A stretch of DNA of 64,000 nucleotides from Blastocatellia bacterium. GTDB lineage: Bacteria > Acidobacteriota > Blastocatellia > UBA7656. The notes beneath the pieces are model-generated. The model did not search any database. It worked only from the letters and a program-made list of their open reading frames with translations, and was not told the DNA's origin. Shown piece by piece: positions 19,179 through 30,076 of this stretch. The stretch spans positions 3,156 to 67,155 of the forward strand of contig DATFGQ010000084.1 of assembly GCA_035249305.1 (NCBI GenBank), read 5' to 3'. Every line of letters begins with the position of its first letter. Positions within the stretch are counted from its first letter, which is position 1. Both the position numbers and the translations under genes were made by a program.

Positions 19179-19220
19179 GTGAAAGAAAATACTCAGCACT
19201 CAGGACTCGGCACTCAGGAC
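19158..19220. repeat. Heptad-repeat hairpin, family A (CTGAGTS)n
   Basis: The left arm is gtgctgagtgctgagtcctgagt (19158-19180), the loop is gaaagaaaat, and the right arm is actcagcactcaggactcggcactcaggac (19191-19220). It overlaps the last 7 codons (including the stop) of the upstream epimerase gene. Confidence 0.9.
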
Positions 19221-19231
19221 TAAAAAAAGAT

Positions 19232-20752
19232 ATGAGCACAATCTATCTTGCCCTATTCCTATTCTCACTGTTGGTGTCTTTCATGCTGACGTGGTACGTG
19301 CGAGGGGTGGCGATACGGCGCGGCTGGGTGGTGATGCCCGCTTCGCACCACATCCACGACGCGGCGATCCCGCGGCTGGGCGGCGTCGCCATATTCCTCG
19401 CCTTCGTGGTGACGGCCGTGGTGCTGGCGCTGACCTCTTACTTTCTTAACATCGACATAGGTATACCGCCGCCGACACTGTTGTACCTGATGCTGCCGGC
19501 GACGCTGGTCTTCGCGCTCGGCCTTTACGACGATTTTCGCCCGGTCAGCCCTTACGTAAAATTCAGCGTGCAGATAGTGGCGGGGCTGCTGCTGTTTCTG
19601 GGCGGGTACAAGATCCTCCAGGTGCCGCTGCTTTTCGGCGAGCAGCATTTCGAGTGGTTCTCGCTGCCACTGACGATACTCTGGGTCTTGTGGATAACCA
19701 ACGCCTTCAACCTGATCGACGGGCTCGACGGGCTGGCGGCAGGCTCGGCGCTCTTCTCGACGCTGACGGTCTTCATAGTCTCGCTGGTCAGCAACGACAT
19801 GCCGGTCGCGCTGTTGACGCTCGGCCTTGCGGGCGCGATCCTTGGGTTCCTCCGTTTTAATTTCAACCCGGCCACGATATTCTTAGGCGACAGCGGCAGT
19901 CTATTCATAGGCTTCATGTTGAGCGCACTCGCCCTGGCCGGCCGCCAGAAGGCGCCCACGGTCGTCGCCGTAGCCATCCCGATAGTCTCGTTCGGGCTGC
20001 CCGTGCTTGAGACGACGCTCTCCGTCTTCCGGCGCTGGATGAACGGGCAGCCGCTGTTCGGCGCGGACCGCGAACATATACACCACAAACTGCTGGACCG
20101 CGGCTTTTCTCAACGACAGGTCGTCGTCATCCTCTACGGCGTGTCGGCGCTGTTCGGGCTGCTGAGCCTCTTCCTCTTATACCCCGGCGGGGCCACGCTC
20201 GGGATAGTGCTGACCGTTTTAGGCGCGGGCGTCTGGGTAGGCGTGCAGCGACTGGGTTATCACGAGTTCTTCGAGCTGAGCCGTGTCGCGCAGCGCACGA
20301 TCGAACAGAAGCGAATAATCAAGAACAACCTCGCGGTGCGCCGGGCGTCGCGCGCGCTGGCGCAGGTCGATAACGTAGGCCAGCTCGGCCGCGTGCTGGA
20401 CGAGGCCTTCAGGTCGAACGCGTTTGATGGCTACCGCCTCGACCTTCAGCCTTTGTTCAGGAGCAGCCTGGCAATACCGATCGAAGAGGCAGGCGGCGAG
20501 CTGCGGATGGTATGGCGCAAAGCCTCGGCAGTCGCTGAGGGCGAGCCTCGCTGGACTGTCACGCTCGACCTGTCGGCGAGCGGCAACCGCCTCGGCTCTT
20601 TTACGCTCTACCGCGCTTACAATGACAAGCCGTTGCTGATCGATCTCAATCTTCTCATCACCGATTTTCAGGCCGCGCTGGCCGAAGCCCTCCACCGCCT
20701 GGCAACTCCCGCCCGCAGCCAGGAACAGGCCCTGCTAGCCGGGCGGTTGTAA
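19232..20752 (+). CDS. Undecaprenyl-phosphate HexNAc-1-phosphate transferase (WecA/MraY family) with a ~170 aa C-terminal extension
   Basis: Motifs are IPRLGGVAIFLAF, NAFNLIDGLDGLA and FLGDSGSLFIGF, with HIHHKLL at the end of the catalytic core. A further ~170 aa of soluble sequence follows the last helix. Confidence 0.8.
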   Translation: MSTIYLALFLFSLLVSFMLTWYVRGVAIRRGWVVMPASHHIHDAAIPRLGGVAIFLAFVVTAVVLALTSYFLNIDIGIPPPTLLYLMLPATLVFALGLYDDFRPVSPYVKFSVQIVAGLLLFLGGYKILQVPLLFGEQHFEWFSLPLTILWVLWITNAFNLIDGLDGLAAGSALFSTLTVFIVSLVSNDMPVALLTLGLAGAILGFLRFNFNPATIFLGDSGSLFIGFMLSALALAGRQKAPTVVAVAIPIVSFGLPVLETTLSVFRRWMNGQPLFGADREHIHHKLLDRGFSQRQVVVILYGVSALFGLLSLFLLYPGGATLGIVLTVLGAGVWVGVQRLGYHEFFELSRVAQRTIEQKRIIKNNLAVRRASRALAQVDNVGQLGRVLDEAFRSNAFDGYRLDLQPLFRSSLAIPIEEAGGELRMVWRKASAVAEGEPRWTVTLDLSASGNRLGSFTLYRAYNDKPLLIDLNLLITDFQAALAEALHRLATPARSQEQALLAGRL

Positions 20753-20775
20753 CCGTCCGGCGCAAAGATTCCTCG

Positions 20776-24516
<3,741 letters not shown>

Positions 24517-24740
24517 GGCTGTAGTCCTCTGCGTAGCAATATTACAGTTTAATCCGTAAGCTGGCCGATAACAACTAACGGCGCGAGACGCTTTTGCTTG
24601 TTCGCCGCCGCCGCCATGCGATAGACTTTTTGGAGTCAGGCGACTCGTATGAGAGAACCAATCCCCGCTGCGCTCGTACAGATTAATCAGACTTCGTGCG
24701 GGTTGAATAGCCAGAGACAGTTTCCGGAGAAGTAGTTTTG

Positions 24741-26033
24741 ATGAAAAAAGCAGTCCTTATCATCCTCTTGTGCCTCGTCGCGGCGGCGCCCGCCTCGTCG
24801 CAGACGGCCGCCGGCCAGGTGTCGCCTCTGTGGCAACAGACGTTCGAGGTAGTCTGGCGCACGGTCAAAGAAAAGCACTACGACGCGAGCTTCAACGGCG
24901 TCGACTGGGACAAGGTCCGCGACCAGTACCAGCCGCAAGTCTCCGCCGTGAAGAGCGAGAAGGATCTCTACGCCTTGCTCCAGCGGATGATAGGCGAACT
25001 CGGCCAGTCGCACTTCAACATCATCCCGCCCGAAGCCGTCGTCGAAGAGCCGAAAGGAGAGCCTTCGTCGGGCACGGCGGGCACGGTCGGCCTCGACTTA
25101 GATCACATAGACGGCCTCGCCGTGATCACGCGCGTCGAAGAGGGCTCGCCCGCCGCGCGCGCGGGCCTTCGCGCGGGATTCGCGATCACCGACGTAGACA
25201 AGACGACGGTCGAGCAGATAGTCGCGCGGTTTTCGAAATCGAAACTCTCGCCGGAGATGACGCGGCTGTTGATCTCGCGCTCGATAGTCGCGCGCCTCAA
25301 CGGCAAGCCCGCGACTATCGTGCGCGTAAAGTACCTGGACGAGCGCGACCAGGCGCGGGAGGTCACGCTTGAGCGCGTACCCGTGCGCGGCGAGATGAGC
25401 GAGCCTTTCGGGAATTTCCCCGCCCAGCGGACGGAGTTTGAATCGAAGCGGCTGGCAAACGGCATAGGCTACATCCGATTCAACATCTTTGTGATCTCGC
25501 TGATGGGGAAGGTGCGCGACGCGATACGGGGCATGATGGATGCGCCGGGGATCATCATAGACCTTCGCGGCAACCCCGGCGGCCAGGGGTTCATGGCGAA
25601 CGGGATAGCGGGGCTTCTGATCCCCACGCAGACCTCGCTCGGCACGATGCATATGCGCTCGGGCTATGTCAATTTCGCCGTCTTCCCGCAGCCGAACACC
25701 TACCGGGGGCCAGTGGCGATTCTGATAGACAACGGCTCGGCCTCGACCAGCGAGATATTCGCCGGGGGCCTGCAAGAGCTCGGGCGGGCCGTCGTCGTAG
25801 GCGAGCGGAGCGCGGGCGCGGCCCTCCCGTCGTTCTTCTTAAAGCTGCCGACGGGGGCCTTGTTCCAGTACGCGGTCGGCGATTTCAAAACGCCGAAGGG
25901 CCTGCTAATCGAGGGGCATGGCGTCCGGCCCGACCTGGAGGTGAAGCCCAGCCGCCGAGAGTTCCTTCGCGGCCAGGACGCTCAGCTCGAACGAGCCATA
26001 GAACAGATTCAAAAAGCAACGAAGAAAGGATAA
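24741..26033 (+). CDS. S41 family (C-terminal processing) peptidase with a PDZ domain
   Basis: Has the signal peptide MKKAVLIILLCLVAAAPASSQ, the PDZ-like VITRVEEGSPAARAGLRAGF, then IIDLRGNPGG and DNGSASTSEIFAGGLQ. Confidence 0.8.
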   Translation: MKKAVLIILLCLVAAAPASSQTAAGQVSPLWQQTFEVVWRTVKEKHYDASFNGVDWDKVRDQYQPQVSAVKSEKDLYALLQRMIGELGQSHFNIIPPEAVVEEPKGEPSSGTAGTVGLDLDHIDGLAVITRVEEGSPAARAGLRAGFAITDVDKTTVEQIVARFSKSKLSPEMTRLLISRSIVARLNGKPATIVRVKYLDERDQAREVTLERVPVRGEMSEPFGNFPAQRTEFESKRLANGIGYIRFNIFVISLMGKVRDAIRGMMDAPGIIIDLRGNPGGQGFMANGIAGLLIPTQTSLGTMHMRSGYVNFAVFPQPNTYRGPVAILIDNGSASTSEIFAGGLQELGRAVVVGERSAGAALPSFFLKLPTGALFQYAVGDFKTPKGLLIEGHGVRPDLEVKPSRREFLRGQDAQLERAIEQIQKATKKG

Positions 26034-26037
26034 ACCG

Positions 26038-26787
26038 ATGAAGCGAATAATGACTGTAATACTCTTGAGCCTGGGGCTGGCCGTCGCCTCGTATGCGCAG
26101 GAAGCCAAGCCTAAACCCGCGGAAGGGCTGCCGACCGCCGACCAGATAATCGAAAAATACGTCCAGGCTATGGGTGGCAAAGCGGCTATGGAAAAGCTCA
26201 ACAGCCGCGTGACGAAAGGGTCCTTTGACATACCCGCTATGGGCGCGGGCGGCACGCTTGAGATTTACGAGAAGGCGCCGAACAAAACGATCGCCATCAT
26301 CACGATTCCGGGCTTCGGAGTAATCCGCGAAGCCTACGACGGCAAGGTGGCGTGGTCCGAGGACCCGGCTACGGGCATGCGTGAGAAGAGCGGCATAGAG
26401 CTGGCCGACGCGAGGCTCGAAGCCGAGTTCCACAGGGCGACAAAGCTCAAGCAGCTCTTCCCGACCATGACGGTCAAGGGCAAAGAGAAGGTCGGCGAGA
26501 AAGAGGCCTACGTCATAGAGGCGAAGCCTGCCGAAGGGAGCGCTGAGAAGTGGTACTTCGATACGCAGTCGGGCCTGCTGATCCGCCAGGACGCCGAGCG
26601 CGAGACGCCTCAGGGTAAGATGCCCGTAGAGGTTTACCTGGACGATTACAAAGAGGTCGACGGCGTAAAGATACCGCATTCGCTGCGCCAGACGACCCCT
26701 ATGTACACCATAAACATCAAGAGCGAAGAGGTGAAGCATAACGTCCCCGTAGACGATGCGAAGTTCGCAAAGCCCGCGGCGAAATAG
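26038..26787 (+). CDS. Secreted hypothetical protein (LolA-like / lipoprotein-sorting-like beta-sheet protein)
   Basis: Has the signal peptide MKRIMTVILLSLGLAVASYAQ. It begins 4 nt after the S41 peptidase gene. No catalytic motifs were recognised. Confidence 0.55.
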   Translation: MKRIMTVILLSLGLAVASYAQEAKPKPAEGLPTADQIIEKYVQAMGGKAAMEKLNSRVTKGSFDIPAMGAGGTLEIYEKAPNKTIAIITIPGFGVIREAYDGKVAWSEDPATGMREKSGIELADARLEAEFHRATKLKQLFPTMTVKGKEKVGEKEAYVIEAKPAEGSAEKWYFDTQSGLLIRQDAERETPQGKMPVEVYLDDYKEVDGVKIPHSLRQTTPMYTINIKSEEVKHNVPVDDAKFAKPAAK

Positions 26788-26826
26788 TCGCGCGGCCCCG
26801 GTTATACGGCGCGCGGCGAGTATTAA

Positions 26827-27013
26827 GAGGGCGTCTGAAAAGCCCCGTAGGGGCTAGATGTTTGTAGAACAATAGCCTAAATGCATCCCAACTCCGTAGG
26901 AGTTGAATAACAGACATTCAACTCCTACGGAGTTGGAAGGACTGCCTGGCGATCAACTACAAACATCCGGCTCCTACGGAGCCGAGTAAGTTGCCACTTC
27001 TCAGACGCCCTCT
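26827..27013. repeat. Nested palindromic intergenic element, family B (GTA-triloop hairpin modules)
   Basis: The outer arms agagggcgtctga (26827-26839) and tcagacgccctct (27001-27013) are perfect. The second tier is gatgtttgtag with ctacaaacatc. The central 21-bp arms are ccaactccgtaggagttgaat (26888-26908) and attcaactcctacggagttgg (26916-26936). Local hairpins are ccccgtagggg and ccggctcctacggagccg(g). Confidence 0.9.
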
Positions 27014-27185
27014 AACAGGCCGCGCGCCGGCCTCGAATAATTCGAAATCAGTACGCGCCTGACTTCAAACCTGACACTCCTCGCCGCCCGAGAGCCCTAA
27101 CGGGCAACTAGAGCCTCGCCCGGACTGGCATAGTCATTGCTTTTACAAACGACGAGTTAAGAGAACGTGCAAGGGGGATTGGGTT

Positions 27186-27617
27186 ATGTTACTGCTCAGA
27201 AAACGCGCGCTCGCAGCCTTTATTGTTCTCACAGCAATAACCGCGATGGCACTGGCGCAGGGGCCTGTGCACAAGCGCGTCAACTACACGATCAACGTGA
27301 GCCATTCGCTCAGGATGGGGGATTACATGCTCCCGCCGGGCAGATATGTCATCTATCAAATGAACCAGAACGACACGAATCTGTTCGCTCTCTACCAGAA
27401 CGATATGACCTCGTCGCCCGTCGCCATGATCCGCACAACGCGGGTCGAGTACCAGATAGGCGAGACGCCGTCAAAGACCGGGATGGTTATGGATGTAGAC
27501 GAATCGAGCCGAGATGTTCACCCGACGCTTAGAGGCTGGAACATTCCGGGCGAGGACGGATGGGAGATCATTAGCGTCGTCCCTAAGAGGAACGGCGTGT
27601 TGAGTAGAATAAGATAG
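27186..27617 (+). CDS. Small secreted hypothetical protein
   Basis: Has the signal peptide MLLLRKRALAAFIVLTAITAMALAQ and is followed by an intrinsic terminator. No recognisable domain. Confidence 0.55.
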   Translation: MLLLRKRALAAFIVLTAITAMALAQGPVHKRVNYTINVSHSLRMGDYMLPPGRYVIYQMNQNDTNLFALYQNDMTSSPVAMIRTTRVEYQIGETPSKTGMVMDVDESSRDVHPTLRGWNIPGEDGWEIISVVPKRNGVLSRIR

Positions 27618-27657
27618 CGTGCGAGCTGAGGACGCTTTTACAATCTGCGGATAGAGG

Positions 27658-28047
27658 CTATGGGCGCACATCTCGTGCGCCCTTTTTTTCTACGCCACTT
27701 TTTTCTTCGCCGCCTTCGATTATATCGGCAAGCTCGCTCTCAAGACTTGCGAGCCGCGCCTCGCGGTCGCGGTCGCGCCGCCGCTCGCGCCTCGCGGCGG
27801 CCGCAAACAGCGCCAAGCTCACAAGCCCCAGGCCGCCAGTTATCCAATACAACATCACGCGCGTTATTCCGAGCCTGAGCCAAGGCCCCGCGTTGCCCGC
27901 CACTATTTCATAAACGCCGCCTAAGGCCAGAAGGCCCAGAAAGACCCCGAGCCCCATCAGCGCGGCGGTCCCGGCCTTGTAAGAGTCTACCGCCTGGCCC
28001 TCGTCGCTGATCAGCGAGCGCAGCTCTTTCTCGCGAGTCTCTGACAT
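27658..28047 (-). CDS. Small two-helix membrane protein with a charged C-terminal tail, hypothetical
   Basis: Has two hydrophobic segments (AALMGLGVFLGLLALGGVYEIV, VMLYWITGGLGLVSLALFAAAA) followed by RRERRRDRDREARL. Its 3' end overlaps the convergent terminator hairpin. Confidence 0.45.
   Translation of the reverse strand: MSETREKELRSLISDEGQAVDSYKAGTAALMGLGVFLGLLALGGVYEIVAGNAGPWLRLGITRVMLYWITGGLGLVSLALFAAAARRERRRDRDREARLASLESELADIIEGGEEKSGVEKKGARDVRP
27662..27689 (+). terminator. Rho-independent terminator
   Basis: gggcgcac (27662-27669) pairs with gtgcgccc (27675-27682), followed by ttttttt (27683-27689). It lies 45 nt after the stop of 27186..27617. Confidence 0.7.
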
Positions 28048-28050
28048 GTG

Positions 28051-28078
28051 AAATTTGAAATCTGAAATCTCAAATCTA
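28051..28078. repeat. Four tandem AT-rich heptads (AAATYTS) filling the lepB/downstream-gene junction
   Basis: The units are aaatttg|aaatctg|aaatctc|aaatcta at 28051-28078. The last unit contains the lepB stop codon (cta = TAG on the minus strand). The ATG of the downstream minus-strand gene is at 28047. Confidence 0.85.
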
Positions 28079-29038
28079 CTTGATGAATGTGCCGGTGCGC
28101 GACCATCGCGATTTAGTGAAGAAGTCTTTTATGATGTTCGACCCGCCCTCGTCGTCGAGCGTGCGTTCCATAGACCAGTAGACGAACATCGCGCGGCCGA
28201 CTATGTTCGAGCGGGGCACGGTGCCCCAGACGCGAGAGTCTTCGCTGTTGTTGCGGTTGTCGCCCATGCAGAAATACTGGTCGCTGTCGTAGAGCCCGTC
28301 ATTGTTCGCGTCGTAGACCAGGCGGAGCTTCGGGTCGTTTTTTATCTCTTCCAGGACCGGCTCGCCCTTCATAGGGATGCGGAAAGGCTGGTTGGCCCTG
28401 CCGAACCTCATGCGCCCCAGGTCGGCGCTTTCCGAGAAGCTGTCTTCCTGGTCCGCGTAATAGTAGACGGTCCACTGCGCGCCGTCGACTATCTCGGGCT
28501 CGCTCACGGGCTCAAGGTTCTCGGGGCTGTCGTTCGGGATTTGCTGCTTGACGTAGACGCGGTTTTCGGGGAGCTTCTCGCCGTTGATGTAGACCGTGTT
28601 GTCTCTGAATTCGACGGTCTCGCCGGGCTTCGCTATGACGCGCTTGACGTAGTTGATCTCGGGGTTCTGCGGGTACTTGAATACCGCTATGTCGCCGCGC
28701 CGTATTTCGCGCGCGGGGAATATAGGCAGGCTTATCGGGTCCATCGGGCCATAGATAAACTTGTTGACCAGCAGGTGGTCCTGAATCCAGATGGTGTTCT
28801 TCATGGAGCCCGTCGGCACCTTCACCGCCTGCACGATAAAGGTCATCCCGAACAGCGCCATTATGAGGGTCACGACGGCCGACTCGAAATACTCGCGCGC
28901 CACGCTCTTCTTGAAATGGGGCTCGTCGGCCTCGACCTTCCCGCGCCTCTCCTCGTCGAGCGCCTCCCGCCTCGCTTCGGCCTCCTCTTCGATCAGCGTC
29001 GACCGTTCTTGTGATCTGAGATCCAGTTCGTCTGCCAT
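28076..29038 (-). CDS. lepB: Signal peptidase I
   Basis: Has an N-terminal anchor helix, VPTGSMKNT (catalytic Ser box), YVKRVIAKPGE (Lys box) and GDNRNNSEDSRVWG. Confidence 0.9.
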   Translation of the reverse strand: MADELDLRSQERSTLIEEEAEARREALDEERRGKVEADEPHFKKSVAREYFESAVVTLIMALFGMTFIVQAVKVPTGSMKNTIWIQDHLLVNKFIYGPMDPISLPIFPAREIRRGDIAVFKYPQNPEINYVKRVIAKPGETVEFRDNTVYINGEKLPENRVYVKQQIPNDSPENLEPVSEPEIVDGAQWTVYYYADQEDSFSESADLGRMRFGRANQPFRIPMKGEPVLEEIKNDPKLRLVYDANNDGLYDSDQYFCMGDNRNNSEDSRVWGTVPRSNIVGRAMFVYWSMERTLDDEGGSNIIKDFFTKSRWSRTGTFIK

Positions 29039-29065
29039 ATTTTAATTATCCAAATCCCTGATTGA

Positions 29066-29929
29066 TTAAACCTCTGTGGCGGCGATGCCGCGCACCTCGT
29101 CGTCTTCGTCGCCGGCCGGCTGCTGCTCGTAATCCGTCTCACTCACTTCGGGAATCGGCTCGTAAGGTTGCCCTTCGTCCGTCTCGCACTCGACGAAGAC
29201 GAGCGAGCGAATGCCGTCGATGCTGTCGGCGGCCAGGAGCGCGGCGTGCGCCGCCTCCTGTTGCGCGATCTTGATGCTGCGCCCTTCGCCCACGCCCAGC
29301 GCGCGCCCGGCGGCGCGGAGCTCTACGCGGAAAGTGCGCCGGTGGTCCGGGCCGAGCGCCTCCACGACTACGTACTCGGGCATGGGAGCGCCGGCCGCCT
29401 GGAGCCGCTCCTGTAGGGCCGACTTGTAATCCGCGCCGATGATCGAAGCAGGATCGATCTGGCGAACTTTCTCGCGCAGCTCGCGGCGCAGAAACTTTTC
29501 GGCCGCCTGAAGTCCGCCGCTGATGTAGAGCACGCCGATAAGCGCTTCGTATGCGTCGGCCAGGAGCGCGCGTTTCTGACGGCCCCCGGTCTTCTCTTCG
29601 CCGCGGTTGAGCAGGATGTAGCGGCCCAGGTCTATGGCCTCCGCAAGGTCTACGAGGCTCGCCTCGCTCACCAGGTATGCTTTCATCTTCGAGAGCTTGC
29701 CCTCGGACAGGTCGGGGTGGCGTTCTAAAAGCCAGGCGCTGACGACGAGCCCCAGCACGGAGTCGCCGAGGAACTCCAGCGCCTCGTTGTGCTGGCAGTG
29801 CTCTTCGGTGCGCTCGTTGGCGAAGGAGCGGTGCGTGAGCGCGCGGTCGAGCAATGCTCGCGAGCGGAAAGAGTAACCGATCTTCTGCTCAAGCTCTGAA
29901 AGCAGTTTTTCGCGTTCGAGTAGAATCAT
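29066..29929 (-). CDS. rnc: Ribonuclease III with a ~55 aa acidic C-terminal tail
   Basis: The start is taken at MILLEREKLLSELEQKIGYSF (ATG 29929). Has the signature NEALEFLGDSVLG and a dsRBD (DYKSALQERLQ...). The tail is CETDEGQPYEPIPEVSETDYEQQPAGDEDDE. Confidence 0.85.
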   Translation of the reverse strand: MILLEREKLLSELEQKIGYSFRSRALLDRALTHRSFANERTEEHCQHNEALEFLGDSVLGLVVSAWLLERHPDLSEGKLSKMKAYLVSEASLVDLAEAIDLGRYILLNRGEEKTGGRQKRALLADAYEALIGVLYISGGLQAAEKFLRRELREKVRQIDPASIIGADYKSALQERLQAAGAPMPEYVVVEALGPDHRRTFRVELRAAGRALGVGEGRSIKIAQQEAAHAALLAADSIDGIRSLVFVECETDEGQPYEPIPEVSETDYEQQPAGDEDDEVRGIAATEV

Positions 29930-30020
29930 AACGCGGCCCGCGCAAGCGCCAAGACTTGCACGACTCAAATATACCACAAAAGCCATCGAAAGAGCGCACA
30001 CGCCGGACGCATAAAGACTA

Positions 30021-30050
30021 AAGGCCAGCCCCGTCGGCAGGGCTGGCCTT
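30021..30050 (-). terminator. GC-rich hairpin, probable terminator between the TPR-like gene and rnc
   Basis: aaggccagccc (30021-30031) pairs with gggctggcctt (30040-30050) around an 8-nt loop. It lies 27 nt downstream of the stop of 30077..31270 on the minus strand. Confidence 0.5.
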
Positions 30051-30076
30051 TTAACTATTCGACGTGCGACAGGCCG

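Larger units (their letters stand above)
1..20752 (+). other. Surface-polysaccharide (EPS/O-antigen-like) biosynthesis gene cluster; 15 co-directional genes
   Basis: There is an uninterrupted run of + strand genes with overlapping or near-abutting stop/start signals: TTGA at 1741, TGATG at 6516-6520, ATGA at 8909-8912, and stop 13493/start 13495. Products are glycosyltransferases, sugar-nucleotide enzymes, a Wzy_C-like membrane protein and a WecA-type initiating transferase. Confidence 0.8.

Noticed and set aside
29930-30001. An upstream extension of rnc (MCALSMAFVVYLSRASLGACAGRV).
   Set aside because: RNase III homologues begin close to the MILLEREKLLSELE.. helix. The extension runs into the upstream terminator region.
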